Assembly (NCBI GenBank): GCA_963663235.2
Contig: CAXXNO010000012.1
Location: 1 to 64,000, forward strand
From: Dehalococcoidia bacterium
Lineage (GTDB): Bacteria; Chloroflexota; Dehalococcoidia; Bin125
Length of the DNA: 64,000 bases
Direction of reading: 5' to 3'
The notes under the pieces are model-generated. The model did not search any database. It had not been told where the DNA came from and worked only from the letters and a program-made list of their open reading frames with translations. How positions within the stretch are numbered: position 1 is the stretch's first letter; every line of letters starts with the position of its first letter. A program made the translations under genes and the position numbers. Positions 1 to 10,350 of the stretch are shown one piece after another.

Positions 1-338
1 GTCGTCACGTTCGCGGTACTGAACCGACCGAGGGTGGTGGAGAAGATGACGGCGATGTTCGGCAGTGGGTTTCCGGCGACGCTCGTCACCGTGACGGTGA
101 TCGTGGCTGAACCGGCGCAGCAGGGGACGGTGCTCGCACTGGCGTCCAGGGTGACCGCCCCGACCTGCGGAGCCTGAGCGGGGACAGTTCGCGTCGGTGG
201 GAGGGCCAGCGCGAGGACGGCGGCGGCAAGGAGGAGGACGATCAGTGTCGCTCGAGAGTGCGCTGACGTCCGGCGTTGCGGCTCAGACGCATCGCTGGGG
301 GCGCCCCTACGGGAACGCCATTTGCGGAACGGAAACAT
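1..338 (-). CDS. Secreted/surface protein with Ig-like (Big_1/invasin-type) domain, 5' part; runs off the window edge
   Basis: Manual translation from ATG at 338: MFPFRKW...TLIVLLLAAAVLALALP (hydrophobic signal), then VTLDASASTVP..SATITVTVTSVAGNPLPNIAVIFSTTLG (Big_1 pattern). Not in the ORF track because it is open at the edge. Confidence 0.7.
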   Translation of the reverse strand, partial: MFPFRKWRSRRGAPSDASEPQRRTSAHSRATLIVLLLAAAVLALALPPTRTVPAQAPQVGAVTLDASASTVPCCAGSATITVTVTSVAGNPLPNIAVIFSTTLGRFSTANVT

Positions 339-492
339 GGGCCCTCACTAATCGCCGCGCCGCCGACCAGATGAGAGTAGCAGGCGACCGAGATCGGAAG
401 GCTCGTCCGTTTGACCTGCCTGTATTGGCCCACTATTCCTTACATCCGTTTGCCGGGCGCGAATCGCGGTTGGTCTAGTGAGCAGGCCCGTT

Positions 493-567
493 GAGATCAG
501 AACGGATGTGGTTTTGCACCCCCACGACCCGAATTGAGAACCGATGTGGTTTTGGCGTCCCACAGGT
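493..567. repeat. Two stacked copies of the transposon-end-like motif GATGTGGTTTTG(G)CRYCCCAC
   Basis: cagaacggatgtggttttgcacccccac and gagaaccgatgtggttttggcgtcccacagg. GAGATCAGAACGGATG at 493-508 is also present, inverted, at about 63472-63487. Confidence 0.6.
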
Positions 568-603
568 CGCTTTCTGACCGCCAGAAGCCGCGAGCCACCG
601 AGG

Positions 604-1386
604 CTAGCGGGCATTGTCGTGGAGGTGTTGGTAGAGGACTTCGTGATACATCTGCTCCCAATTGCGGATGCACGGTTCCCATTCGCCATCCCAGGGGACC
701 ATGCCACGTCGGGCGGCGGGGAGATCATCAATCCGGTCGCTCTCGTACACGGCCCAGTACTTCTGGCTCACGACGCCGAGCTGGCTGTCATGGGGGACGG
801 ACTCGAGGCGCCAAGCGCGCCGAAACCCGGGATTGCTCGTCACCTCCGGTACGTGGACATCGTTGTACCAAGCGTTGAACGCCGGCTCACGGCGGTCGGC
901 GTGCGGGACGAAGTCAACCTTCACGGCAGCCCAGTACCGCCCAGTGGCATCCGCAACGTGGGGTGCATCATGCCAGGCTGCGATCACGCGGTGGTAGCTG
1001 CGCTGCCAGTCGGTGAGGTGTCGTTCCCACCTCTCCCACCCATGTCCGCTTTCTGCCTCCGTCTTGCGGAGAGCTGCGACGAACGCCTCGATCGATTCGA
1101 CTTCGTAGATTGCCAGGAACTCCTGGCCTGGGGTCCCACGCTGTTCGGGATGCTCAATCCGCCGAATCCGCCAGCCACGCGTAAAGCCGTCCATACGCAC
1201 GAAGGCCGGCATGTGCACGGTATTGTACCAATCGTTGAATTCCCCGACCAACCTTCGCTCACGCAGGTTGGCCTTGACGACCGTCCAGTACATCCGCCCT
1301 CCAAGATCGCCGCTGGGTCGCTGATCGTCCGTGGTCGCGAGGCTCCTACAAGCCATCAGCTCGAGTTCCCGTAATCCTTCCGCCAC
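604..1386 (-). CDS. Tandem EthD/DUF4286-like dimeric alpha-beta barrel protein
   Basis: Two internal repeats FNxWYNxVHxP...GFxRxWR...YxxYE/S. Confidence 0.75.
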   Translation of the reverse strand: MAEGLRELELMACRSLATTDDQRPSGDLGGRMYWTVVKANLRERRLVGEFNDWYNTVHMPAFVRMDGFTRGWRIRRIEHPEQRGTPGQEFLAIYEVESIEAFVAALRKTEAESGHGWERWERHLTDWQRSYHRVIAAWHDAPHVADATGRYWAAVKVDFVPHADRREPAFNAWYNDVHVPEVTSNPGFRRAWRLESVPHDSQLGVVSQKYWAVYESDRIDDLPAARRGMVPWDGEWEPCIRNWEQMYHEVLYQHLHDNAR

Positions 1387-1396
1387 GAACCTACAT

Positions 1397-1484
1397 CCGC
1401 GGGGCCAAAAACTCTCATACGACGGCCTCGTCGCCTTCAGATCGGCCGGGAATCGTCAGCGATCCGAGTTTTGTGGTCCCACAC
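1397..1484. mobile_element. About 90-bp MITE-like palindromic element, copy A
   Basis: Ends in gatccgagttttgtggtcccaca; homologous to 7928-8017 (inverted) and 62056-62145. Confidence 0.7.
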
Positions 1485-1536
1485 GGTCACCCCAAGCGCG
1501 GGGATGTACGACGTCCAACTACACCGCATCCGGACG

Positions 1537-2355
1537 CTACGAGCCGGCGAGGAAGGGTTCGATGAGAGCGGCAACGCGCTCAGGCTGTTCCGCCACGACC
1601 ATATGCGCCGCCTCCGGCACGATCTCCAAGCGCGCGCCGGCGATCGCGGCCTGGAAGGCGTCGCCGTAGGCCGGGGGGCAAATGGTGTCGTGCCGGCCCC
1701 ACACGAGCAGGGTCGGCTGCGTCAGCCGGTGTAAGCGCTTACTCAAGCCGCGATTCGGGATCGGGAATAGGTAGCGGGCAACCGTCGCGAGCGACTGTGC
1801 TCGATCAAGGTGGTAGTCGATAGTTCTCTGGCCGGCGGGGGAGTCGGCATCGATTTCGGTGAGGGCTTCCGGCTCGTTGGCGGTCATGACTTTGGCCGCC
1901 GGTGACTCAAGGTCGTAGAACATAGCGCGCGTGAAATCCTGGGGGAGCGCTGAGAAGATGTCCAGGGCCGGAACGTCCGAACGCCACAGCCCGAAGGCCG
2001 CGATCAGCACAACCGCCGAGAACCGCTCCGGCTGTACCGCCGCCAGCTCCGCCGCGATCATCCCGCCGAAGGAATGGCCGACGATCGGCAGGCGGTGCAG
2101 GCCCAGCTCGTCGAGCAGATCAAGGTAGAAGTAGATGAGATCGTGCACGTCCTGCAGTCGCTCGCCACCGGTCGAGCCGGGGAACCCGGGCGTACACGGC
2201 GCGATCACGCGGTGCTCAAGGGAGAGACGTTCGAGGAAGCCGTTCCATTGCAGGCCACGAATCCCGTGGAGGAAAAGCAGCGGCGACCCGTCGCCACCCT
2301 CAAACACATCGACGGCGAAATCGCCGCCGCGGACGGGGATGTGCGTCTCTCGCAC
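1537..2355 (-). CDS. Alpha/beta fold hydrolase
   Basis: LLFLHG, GHSFGG nucleophile elbow, WGRHD, AHM catalytic His. Confidence 0.9.
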   Translation of the reverse strand: MRETHIPVRGGDFAVDVFEGGDGSPLLFLHGIRGLQWNGFLERLSLEHRVIAPCTPGFPGSTGGERLQDVHDLIYFYLDLLDELGLHRLPIVGHSFGGMIAAELAAVQPERFSAVVLIAAFGLWRSDVPALDIFSALPQDFTRAMFYDLESPAAKVMTANEPEALTEIDADSPAGQRTIDYHLDRAQSLATVARYLFPIPNRGLSKRLHRLTQPTLLVWGRHDTICPPAYGDAFQAAIAGARLEIVPEAAHMVVAEQPERVAALIEPFLAGS

Positions 2356-2376
2356 GATCGCCTCGGCCTCGCCCGC

Positions 2377-3606
2377 CTAGTCGCCCGCTACCGCTGCTCC
2401 GGCCGGCTGCCGGACAACCGCGCCCTGTGGCCACCAGTGGTCCTCGTACTCCGACCAGAGGTGACGCAGGTTCGGCACGACCTCCGTCGCGGTCATGCGG
2501 ATGTTCTCCATCGCCAGGGCATGGGGCATGGAGCCGAACTGGTTCAGCACCATGAGATGGCCGATGCGCAGATCCTTGATGACTTGCTCCAACTGTTCGG
2601 TCACCTGCGACGGCGTTCCGGCGATGATATTGCCCTGCTCGCACAAATCATTCCAGGTCAACTCGACCGGGTCTCCGCCGGCGAAGGCCGTGGTCTGCGC
2701 CAGCAGGCCAGCTTTGATCGTGTCCAGCGTCCTGTAGCCGGGTGCGTCGGAGAAGCCTTCGTAGATGTGGAGCATCTTGTTATAGAAATATTCGCCGTGC
2801 GCACCGAACTTGTCCGCGACTTCCTGCTCGCTCTTCCCCACGGCAACGAGCTGCAGGAAGCCGGCGTGGTAGGGGTTGTCGACACCGTGGCTGTTGGCGA
2901 CCTTCCAGAAGCCGTCCATGACTCTCTTGCCACGCGCCGTTCCGCTATATGACAGGTAGGCGTAGTTGTAGCCCTTCTGCACCGTCCATTCCCAGGTCTC
3001 GATCGATCCGCCGCCGGGGATCCAGACTGGAGGATGCGGGTCCTGGAGCGGCCGCGGCCAGAGGTTCACGTAGCGCAACTGGGTGTACTCGCCATCGAAG
3101 GAGAAGACTTCGTCGCAGGTCCACGCCTTGATAATGAGCTCCTCCGCTTCTCGATAGCGGTCGCGGAGGGTTGCCGGATTCATGCCGTAGCAGAAGTTGG
3201 TGTCCATGGTGCTGCCGACCGGGAAGCCCGCGACGAGGCGTCCTCCGCTGATGCAGTCGAGCATGGCGAACTCCTCCGCAACGCGGAGCGGTGGATTGTA
3301 CAAGGCGATGGAGTTGCCGAGCACGATAATCGCCGTGTCTTTCGTTTGGCGCGCCAGAGCCGCGGCCATGATGTTTGGCGACGGCATCAGACCATACGCG
3401 TTTTGGTGATGCTCATTGATGCAGACGCCGTCGTAGCCGACCTCGCTAGCGTAGACAAGTTCGTCCAGAGTCTCGTTGTAGAGCCGGTGCGCCGTCTGGG
3501 CGTCGAACAGGTGGCTAGGGACATCGACCCATACGCTGCGATTGCGCTCGCGGAAATCCGGCGGCAGATCGCGATACGGACAGAGGTGGAACATCTCGAT
3601 CTTCAC
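2377..3606 (-). CDS. LLM-class flavin-dependent oxidoreductase (luciferase-like)
   Basis: NEHHQ, PLRVAEEFAMLDCISGGRLVAG, PRPLQDPHPPVW. Confidence 0.92.
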   Translation of the reverse strand: MKIEMFHLCPYRDLPPDFRERNRSVWVDVPSHLFDAQTAHRLYNETLDELVYASEVGYDGVCINEHHQNAYGLMPSPNIMAAALARQTKDTAIIVLGNSIALYNPPLRVAEEFAMLDCISGGRLVAGFPVGSTMDTNFCYGMNPATLRDRYREAEELIIKAWTCDEVFSFDGEYTQLRYVNLWPRPLQDPHPPVWIPGGGSIETWEWTVQKGYNYAYLSYSGTARGKRVMDGFWKVANSHGVDNPYHAGFLQLVAVGKSEQEVADKFGAHGEYFYNKMLHIYEGFSDAPGYRTLDTIKAGLLAQTTAFAGGDPVELTWNDLCEQGNIIAGTPSQVTEQLEQVIKDLRIGHLMVLNQFGSMPHALAMENIRMTATEVVPNLRHLWSEYEDHWWPQGAVVRQPAGAAVAGD

Positions 3607-3739
3607 GCCAGCCTCCTCCTGCGGTCCAAGTGCCGGGCTACGAGCGGCCTACTGCTTACCGCCGTCTCCACGCGGAGAGCCTACCACGCGGGGGCGACGG
3701 CCTGGCAGCGCTCACCGCCGCGCGGGAGTCGACTGTTTC

Positions 3740-3905
3740 TGGCACGCCCGCGATCGGCGCGGCGAGTACGTCCCGCTCGCAGAGCAGCGACGGCTCGTTG
3801 CCATCCGTTGGCATGCGCCGCTCGCGGAGATGGCCGCACTCTAGGAGGAGCGGGGCGGGGCAGCACGCCGGCACCGCGTCTGCGCCCCGAGATCTGACAG
3901 AACCG
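3740..3905 (+). mobile_element. IS6-family 3' remnant with right terminal inverted repeat
   Basis: RRGEYVPLAEQRRLVAIRWHAPLAEMAAL* resembles the C-terminus of the 9400..10218 transposase; ends in AGATCTGACAGAACC. Confidence 0.7.
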
Positions 3906-4179
3906 AGAGCGAGTAGTTGAGAATGATCGCGACCCGGCCGGCCAGTGCCAGCGCGACGTTCGTCACGAAACCCCCCGCAGAAGGTGGGAGCGGCAGGCCC
4001 GCGTTTCGTTCGTCGGGGTCCAGGTAGGCACGCGTCAGCAGCCGTCGCAGGACCATCGTGCGGGCCGGAAGCATCCCACCCGAGAGCCTGGCGCCCGTCG
4101 AATCCGCCACCTTGAGGCCGAACAGGCGACGCCGGCATTGACGGACGAAGACCCGCAGCAACTCCGAGCGGCCTGCCAT
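3906..4179 (-). pseudogene. Fragment of Aas-like acyl-ACP synthetase (AMP-binding), cut by the IS6 end
   Basis: KVADSTG...DERNAGLPLPPSAGGFVTNVALALAGRVAIILNYSL matches the Aas motif VGvLLP.S.....N.AL...G.V...LNY. Confidence 0.6.
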
Positions 4180-4202
4180 GCGCCCTCGCTGGATCCGCTA
4201 CG

Positions 4203-4490
4203 TCACCGCCATCCGCTGCCGGTACTCCCCCGGTTCCATTCTCCCGTTTGCATGGTCTCCGCCAACACGCAGACGGCATCCCATACGTTCACATAGCGGA
4301 CGTACGGCGGCGCGAAGCCGAAACGGAGCAGGTCGGGCGCGCGGAAGTCGCCAATCACGCCCCGCGCGATCATCGCCTGCATAATCGGATACCCCTCGAC
4401 ATGCCGGTACGAGACCTGACTGCCGCGCGACGCCGCATCACGCGGAGAAGCGAGCGTAAAGCCGTACGAAGTACACTGCTCCTCCATCAA
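4203..4490 (-). pseudogene. kynU: Kynureninase C-terminal fragment
   Basis: RGSQVS..H.EGYPIMQAMIARGVIGDFRAPDLLRFGFAP.YVRY..VWDAV; the N-terminal ~300 aa are absent. Confidence 0.8.
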
Positions 4491-4596
4491 CCCGTCGCCA
4501 ATCGCGACCGTCAGCGTCGCAATGTCGACGACTCAACTCGACGGCGCTTCACGGATGGAGTCTCGAACCGTCATAGGTACAAAGATCCGCGCCCGA

Positions 4597-5977
4597 TCAT
4601 GCCGACGCTGCCGGTGTGAGGGCGAGCAGTTTCGCCGACTCGTACACAGCGCCGCCTTTGACGACATGCGTGATGCTGCTGATATCGGTGATGTCGAGCG
4701 TGGGATCCTTGCTCATGACGACCAAGTCTGCCCTGGCCTTCGGTGCAATGCGTCCGAGGTCATCTCGCCAGAGGTGGCGGGCAGCGACCGATGTGGCAGC
4801 GTACAAGATGTCGATCGGCTTCATCCCTCGCCGCTGCAGCGCTGCCAACTCGGCGTGGTAGCTCCAGCCCGGCAGCGCGCCGGCGAGGAGGTCCGTTCCG
4901 ACGACGAGATCGCCGCCGTGCTCATAGATGAGCTGGATCAGGCCGCGCTGGTTCGCGCGTGCCCGGCTGGTCACGGCTTCGCCCGCCCCAGACGCGAACG
5001 TCTCCCCGATCCGCGGAGGCTGGTCGCGGGACGGCCGATGAGCCGAAGACCGTCGGGAAGAGCGTGCAGCGAGGATCGCCCGGCTTCGGCCGCGCCGCAT
5101 CGACCGTGATGGTGGGGTCGAGGAACGCCCCGGAGTCCAGGAGCGTTCGCAGCCAGCGCTCCACCTCCGGGCCGTTCAGGTCCACATCGGCCCAGGCACG
5201 CAGCACGGTCAGGACGTAGCCGGGCACGCCAAGCCAGTCGTCGGGGTCTATCCGGCGGTGCGCCGGCGCTAAGTCGCGGATGGGACTCTGGGAGACATGC
5301 TCAAGTCCACCGATACCGTGCTCCATCGCGAACGTGGAGGATGTCAGCGCAAGGTGGCCCGTGACGGGCACTCGACCCGCGGCCGCTTCCAGGATCGCCG
5401 CGGTGACGGGATTGCGGACGCTCTCGTAGATCTTGATGGTGCCCACGCCCTGGGCCTCGATGAGGTACGTGACCGCGGCGCGAGCCTCCTCTGCCGTTTC
5501 GATTGGCCGCGAGCCGGGGTCGCCGGACGCGCCGGCGAGCGCCGCGCGCATCACCGCATTCGACGTGATGGCGGGGTTTGCCTGGTGCAGGACTGGGCCG
5601 GCATAGATGACGTTGGGACCCACCACCTTGCCGGCCTCCACGTCCAGCTTGATTTGCCGCACCCGGCGAGCATCGCCGCCCACACCAAAGGTGCCCCACG
5701 TCCAGTGGGAGCCCAGGTCACGGACCGTGGTGACGCCGTGCCCGACGATCGCGGGTAGCGCTTCCATGCCCAGGTTCCAGAGGTGGACGTGCATGTCGAT
5801 CAGCCCGGGCGTGATCCACTTCCCGCTGGCGTCGAACACGGTCGCATCGGCCTCGAGGCCAGGGCCCACGGCCGCGATCCGTGCCCCCTCAACGAGGATG
5901 TCCCGTTGCTGCAGCTCTTGGCTCAACCCATCAAAGACCCGGCCGCCCCGGATTAGGAGTCGGTCTGGCTGCGCCAT
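4597..5977 (-). pseudogene. Amidohydrolase family protein, frameshifted near 5010-5040
   Basis: PGLIDMHVH in 4922..5977; GTD...HAELAAL...ATSVAA...G.IAP..RADLVV in the 4597..5100 frame. Confidence 0.8.
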
Positions 5978-6082
5978 TGCCCAGTCCTCCCTAGCGCTCC
6001 TTCATCGAAGGAGGCGATCTCCCCACGGCGCCAACGTGCCCACCCTGGATTTTGACCCCGGTGTGCCGACGCCCGACTCTCG

Positions 6083-6135
6083 TGTGAGGCGCCAATATCC
6101 TATCCGCCCTGTGGTGTCGCGATACTCCGTCCGCC
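6083..6135. repeat. Two tandem degenerate copies of the transposon-end-like motif
   Basis: tgtgaggcgccaatatcctatccg and tgtggtgtcgcgatactccgtccg resemble the reverse complement of 63530-63560 (ctgtggggcgccaaaactccatc). Confidence 0.5.
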
Positions 6136-6166
6136 AGCCCAGACAACACTCAACGCGGCCCCGACT

Positions 6167-6347
6167 GGTTCTGTCAGAACTCAGGGTCCACCGGAGGGCG
6201 TCGCCTCGTCAGTGCAACGACGAGGAGTCGCGAGGATGCGCCGCGAGGGGATCCGCGGAGCACGGTCACGGCTTCGTCGCCTTCATCAATCCGGGTCGCG
6301 TCGTCGGTCAGGGGGAGAGTCGCGATAGTGAAGGCTGTCAGAACCGC
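6167..6347 (+). mobile_element. Internally deleted IS6 derivative (MITE-like)
   Basis: Begins GGTTCTGTCAGAACTCAGGG and follows the IS6 leader (gcgtcgcctcgt..caacga..ggag); ends CTGTCAGAACC. Confidence 0.65.
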
Positions 6348-6391
6348 TGGTCAACGGTGCTTGCGTTCGCCGGCCGGTTCAGGCCCTTCGC

Positions 6392-7645
6392 CTACGGCAG
6401 GGCAGGTGGCGCGGCGCCTGGGTCCAGCGATCCCGGCGCAGCGGTCACGCTCACTGGTCGATGCAGCCGCATCGCCGTATAGAACAAGAGCAGCGATAAA
6501 CCGAAGGCGCTGAGGAACATCACGAGTGCGCCGGTGTACGAGCCGGACGCGTCGAAGATTGCGCCGGCGACGGCGGGTGAGATCAGCATAATCACCGTTC
6601 GCAGCAGCACGACCGTGCCGAGGATGGTGGCGAAGGACGCCGCCCCGAAGGCGGCCGCCAGGGGCAGCGGTTCGACCACGGCCGGGCCAGTGTCGGCCAG
6701 CGCCCAAAGTACGACGAACAGCGCGAGGCTCCACGCACTGGTGTCCAACAAGAACACCGTGACGGTGAGGATGCCGCACGCGGCGAGCAGCATCGCGATC
6801 CACTCAAACCGTGGCACGTGATCCGTGGCCGCGGCCACGAGCAGGCGCGCCAGAATGCTTGTCCCTGCCATCGCCGAGACCAGCCCGGCGGCCCAGCCGG
6901 GGCTGATCCCGTTCGCCTCGAAGAGCGGCACGGCATGGACGACCAAGCCGACAGTCGCGTAGAAATACAGGGAGATCGCCAGCGCCAGCACCCAGAAGAT
7001 GGGCGTGCGGATCGCTACCCCCCACGACGCGCCCGTCGGAGTCCAATCGCGACGCGGTTCGGAGGCGGCCCCGCGCCGGCCGTCGGGAGCGGGGTGCCCG
7101 TCACCGGGGCGATCGCGCACGACCAGCACGGCCAGCGGCAAGTAATAGGCCAGCATGAGGGCAGCGGAGACGAGCAGCGCCCCCTCCCAATCGATGGTAT
7201 CGATGAGCACGCGCACCACGGGAACGACTACTACACCGCCCAAGGACGCGCCAACGCCAAGCAGGCCCAGCGCGGCGCCCCGGCGGCGATCGAACCAGCG
7301 CGAGGCCAGCACCTGGAAGGGGAGGAAGAACGCGAACGAGACGCCAACGCCGAGCACGCACAGATAGAGGTACCACTGCCAGAGCGCACTGGTTGTCGAC
7401 AGCAGGACGAATCCGACGGCGCAGATGAGCGCCCCGCCCACGAGGGCGACCCGCGGGCCATAGCGGTCCATCCACCGGCCCGCCAAGGGCGACGCGAGCC
7501 CACTCGCCAGGAAGGCGCCCGAGACGCCGAGCGACACCTCGGTGCGCGACCAGCCGAACTGCGCCTCGATCGGGCCGATATAGAGGCCGAAGGACCAAAA
7601 CAGGAGGCCGCCGAGGAGCCCGGTGGCGAGGGCACCGGCGACCAT
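6392..7645 (-). CDS. MFS transporter (OFA/MCT-like); true start probably slightly upstream (in-frame RRIYYGWW)
   Basis: About 12 TM segments, GRWMDRYGPR motif A, WFDRRRGAALG. Confidence 0.88.
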   Translation of the reverse strand: MVAGALATGLLGGLLFWSFGLYIGPIEAQFGWSRTEVSLGVSGAFLASGLASPLAGRWMDRYGPRVALVGGALICAVGFVLLSTTSALWQWYLYLCVLGVGVSFAFFLPFQVLASRWFDRRRGAALGLLGVGASLGGVVVVPVVRVLIDTIDWEGALLVSAALMLAYYLPLAVLVVRDRPGDGHPAPDGRRGAASEPRRDWTPTGASWGVAIRTPIFWVLALAISLYFYATVGLVVHAVPLFEANGISPGWAAGLVSAMAGTSILARLLVAAATDHVPRFEWIAMLLAACGILTVTVFLLDTSAWSLALFVVLWALADTGPAVVEPLPLAAAFGAASFATILGTVVLLRTVIMLISPAVAGAIFDASGSYTGALVMFLSAFGLSLLLFYTAMRLHRPVSVTAAPGSLDPGAAPPALP

Positions 7646-7927
7646 GAGCCACCACCCGTAGTAGATCCGGCGCCGGCCACTGGCGATCAGAACGGCGTTA
7701 CGGACATGTGCTGCGGGCAGTCAGGAGGCCTTCCTGCGAGGGCACTACAAGTCGGACGCCGAGCATAGGATACGGGCCGCTCTTCGAGTGCGCTCGACGC
7801 GAAGGTACAACCGCCGATCTCCCGGAGAGCAGCGCACAATGGCGGGGCGAAGGTGCCGAGCCCGAGGAGCGTTCATGTCGAGTGCGATGAGGGAGACGGG
7901 GGCGCGTAGGACTCGCGCCCCGGGTTG

Positions 7928-8017
7928 CCTGTGGGACCACAAACCTCGGATCGCCGACGTCTCCCAGCGGAATTGATGGCCACGAAGCCGTCGGATTACA
8001 TTTTGCGGTCCCACAGG
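7928..8017. mobile_element. 90-bp MITE-like element, copy B, TIR CCTGTGGGACC(A/G)CAAA
   Basis: cctgtgggaccacaaa ... tttgcggtcccacagg, a 16-bp near-perfect inverted repeat. Confidence 0.75.
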
Positions 8018-8157
8018 GTTTGAGCCGCCACAGGGCAGTCCCTGAGAGAACGGCCACGTGGAGTCCTTCTCCCGTCGGGGGTTCGGTAAGCCGCGGGCCG
8101 CCGCGCGACCGGATGAGCCGCCCGACCCCGGCGCGACACGCGGCGCTGTCCATGGCC

Positions 8158-8210
8158 AGCGATGAGGTTTTGGCGCCCTAAAACGGATAGGATTTTGGGC
8201 CGGGACAGGG
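8158..8210. repeat. Two further stacked end-like motifs
   Basis: gatgaggttttggcgccctaaa and ggataggattttgggccgggacagg. Confidence 0.5.
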
Positions 8211-8240
8211 CAAGTCAGAAGCAAGGCCAGCCTGCCCGTC

Positions 8241-9155
8241 TCAGCGGACAGCGGGGATGACCGTCTCAGCGATCCGCCGGGTGTTCTCGGGGACGTACTC
8301 GGGCGGACAGCCTTGGGCGAACACGATGGTCCGCGCGCCGGCCTCGACGTACTCCTGCGTCCGCGCGATGCAGTCCTGAGGCGTGCCGACGATCGTGTAC
8401 TTCTCCACAATCTTCGAGAAGTCCTGGTTGTACTGACGACTGAGCTGCCGGTTCGCCAGGTCAAGCGCCGTGTCGCGGTCTTCGTGCACGCAGGTGAAGA
8501 CGAAGAGACCGCCTCGCACCGTGCCCGCGGGCCGGCCGGCCTCGGCGGTGAAGCGGGCGAGTTTGTCCAGGCTCTCGGCCAGCATCTGTGGCGTGTACAT
8601 GTAGGGCAGCCAGCCCTCGGCGTAGCGTGCCGCGCGCTGCATCGCCGCGTCGCGGCGTCCGGCCACCCAGAACGGCATCCGCGGCTTTTGGACCGGCCGG
8701 GGCGCAAGCGTGACGCCGTCGAGCTGCGTGAAGCGGCCGTGGAAGGACACGTCTTCCTCGGTCAGGAGCTTGTCGATCACTTCTAGCGCTTCGTTCGTGC
8801 GGGCGCCGCGCTCGCCGACGGGCACGCCGACGGCGTCGAACTCCTTGGGAAACTCGCCGCCGACGCCGACGCCGAGATGGAAGCGTCCGCCGGAGACCAC
8901 GTCCAGCACGGCGGCTTGCTTGGCTAGGAGGACGGCAGGATAGAGCGGGACCAGGGTGATGCTGCTCATCAGTTTGATGCGCTGCGTCGCGCCGGCCGCC
9001 GTTGCGAGCGCGATCAGGGTGTTCGTTGTGGGGCCGTGGAACATGATGTGCTCGCCGGTGAGCAGGTAATCGTAGCCCAGCGCCTCGGCGTTGCGCGCGT
9101 CGTCCTTGGCCCCATGCAACAGGCTCAGGTGAATCCCGAACTCGATCTCGCTCAT
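8241..9155 (-). CDS. LLM-class (probably F420-dependent) oxidoreductase
   Basis: GEHIMF, LAKQAAVLDVVSGGRFHLGVGVG, PRPVQKP. Confidence 0.9.
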   Translation of the reverse strand: MSEIEFGIHLSLLHGAKDDARNAEALGYDYLLTGEHIMFHGPTTNTLIALATAAGATQRIKLMSSITLVPLYPAVLLAKQAAVLDVVSGGRFHLGVGVGGEFPKEFDAVGVPVGERGARTNEALEVIDKLLTEEDVSFHGRFTQLDGVTLAPRPVQKPRMPFWVAGRRDAAMQRAARYAEGWLPYMYTPQMLAESLDKLARFTAEAGRPAGTVRGGLFVFTCVHEDRDTALDLANRQLSRQYNQDFSKIVEKYTIVGTPQDCIARTQEYVEAGARTIVFAQGCPPEYVPENTRRIAETVIPAVR

Positions 9156-9331
9156 TGGTGCCGCCTCTCAAGCGCCGAGAGTCTAAGGCGCTGCGCAGGT
9201 CCGCGCGACCGAGATCGCCGAGGGGACGTTCGATCCGCGTCCGGATCCCGTTCCCTCCAATCACTCCTACAGCCACGGTACCGACCTGGCACGCTACTTG
9301 GCCTAGGCGCTGCGGCGGCTCTTTGGGATCC

Positions 9332-10285
9332 GGTTCTGTCAGATCTCAGGGCTCGTCGGCGTAGCGTAGCCTCGTTCATGACGCAACGAGGAGACGCCGA
9401 TGCACTGTCCGCACTGCCGCTCGACTGCGACGACCAAGCGCAGGCATCGCACGACGCTAGGCTACCAGCGATTCAACTGTCGCGCGTGTGGACGGCGCTT
9501 CAACGAGCGGACCGGCACGCCCTTCAACGATCTCCAGTACCCGACGGACCTCGTGCTGCTCGCCGTGCTGTGGCGCCTGCGGTACAAGCTCAGCTTCCGG
9601 GACGTCGCCGAACTGCTCCTCGAGCGAGGCTACACGGTGACGCATGAGACGATCCGCGATTGGGAGTTCCGCTTCGCGCCACTCCTGGCGGACCGGCTTC
9701 GCGCCAAGCGGCGCGGTCGCGCGGGCGTCTCCTGGTACATCGATGAGACCTACGTGAAGGTCGCCGGGCGATGGTGCTACCTCTATCGCGCGATCGACCG
9801 GGAGGGCGCGCTGCTCGATTCGATGCTGAGCGCGCACCGCGACAAGCACGCCGCGCGACGCTTCCTGCGGGGTCTCATACAGATCGCCGAACGGAAGCCC
9901 TTACGCATCACGACCGACGCGCATCCCGCGTATCGCAAGGCGATCCGGTGGATCGTCGGGCGGAAGGTGCGACATCGCTGCAATCAATACCTCAACAACT
10001 GGATTGAGCAGGATCACCGCGCCATCAAGCAGCGCTACTATCCGATGCGGGGCTTCGGGAGGTTCGCTTCCGCTGCCCAGTTCTGCGCGGCCTTCGATGC
10101 GCTGCGCCAGTACTTTCGCGTTCCGCCCCGGCCCGGACTACCGATCCCGTTGGCGACGCGGCGCCCGCTGTTCGTCGCCCGCTGGCGGTCCCTGATCCAG
10201 GAGATGCAGGTCGCCTAGGACACCATCAACGCTCGCCGGATCACCACGCATCGTTGGCCCCGCTGCCCTCAGATCTGACAGAACC
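9332..10285 (+). mobile_element. IS6-family insertion sequence, copy 1 (954 bp)
   Basis: TIRs GGTTCTGTCAGATCT / AGATCTGACAGAACC; no target-site duplication seen. Confidence 0.93.
9400..10218 (+). CDS. IS6-family DDE transposase with N-terminal Zn ribbon
   Basis: CPHC...CRAC, WYIDETYVKV, YLYRAID, ITTD, NNWIEQDHRAIK. Confidence 0.95.
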   Translation: MHCPHCRSTATTKRRHRTTLGYQRFNCRACGRRFNERTGTPFNDLQYPTDLVLLAVLWRLRYKLSFRDVAELLLERGYTVTHETIRDWEFRFAPLLADRLRAKRRGRAGVSWYIDETYVKVAGRWCYLYRAIDREGALLDSMLSAHRDKHAARRFLRGLIQIAERKPLRITTDAHPAYRKAIRWIVGRKVRHRCNQYLNNWIEQDHRAIKQRYYPMRGFGRFASAAQFCAAFDALRQYFRVPPRPGLPIPLATRRPLFVARWRSLIQEMQVA

Positions 10286-10350
10286 GCCAGGGCTGGCCGA
10301 CCAAGGAGATGATCCGCAGCGCCCTCGTCGCCGCGCGCTAGCGCCCGCCC

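Noticed and set aside
493-8210. Classical integron attC array
   Set aside because: No IntI and no consistent RYYYAAC/GTTRRRY cores; gene orientation relative to the sites is not cassette-like in the integron sense.
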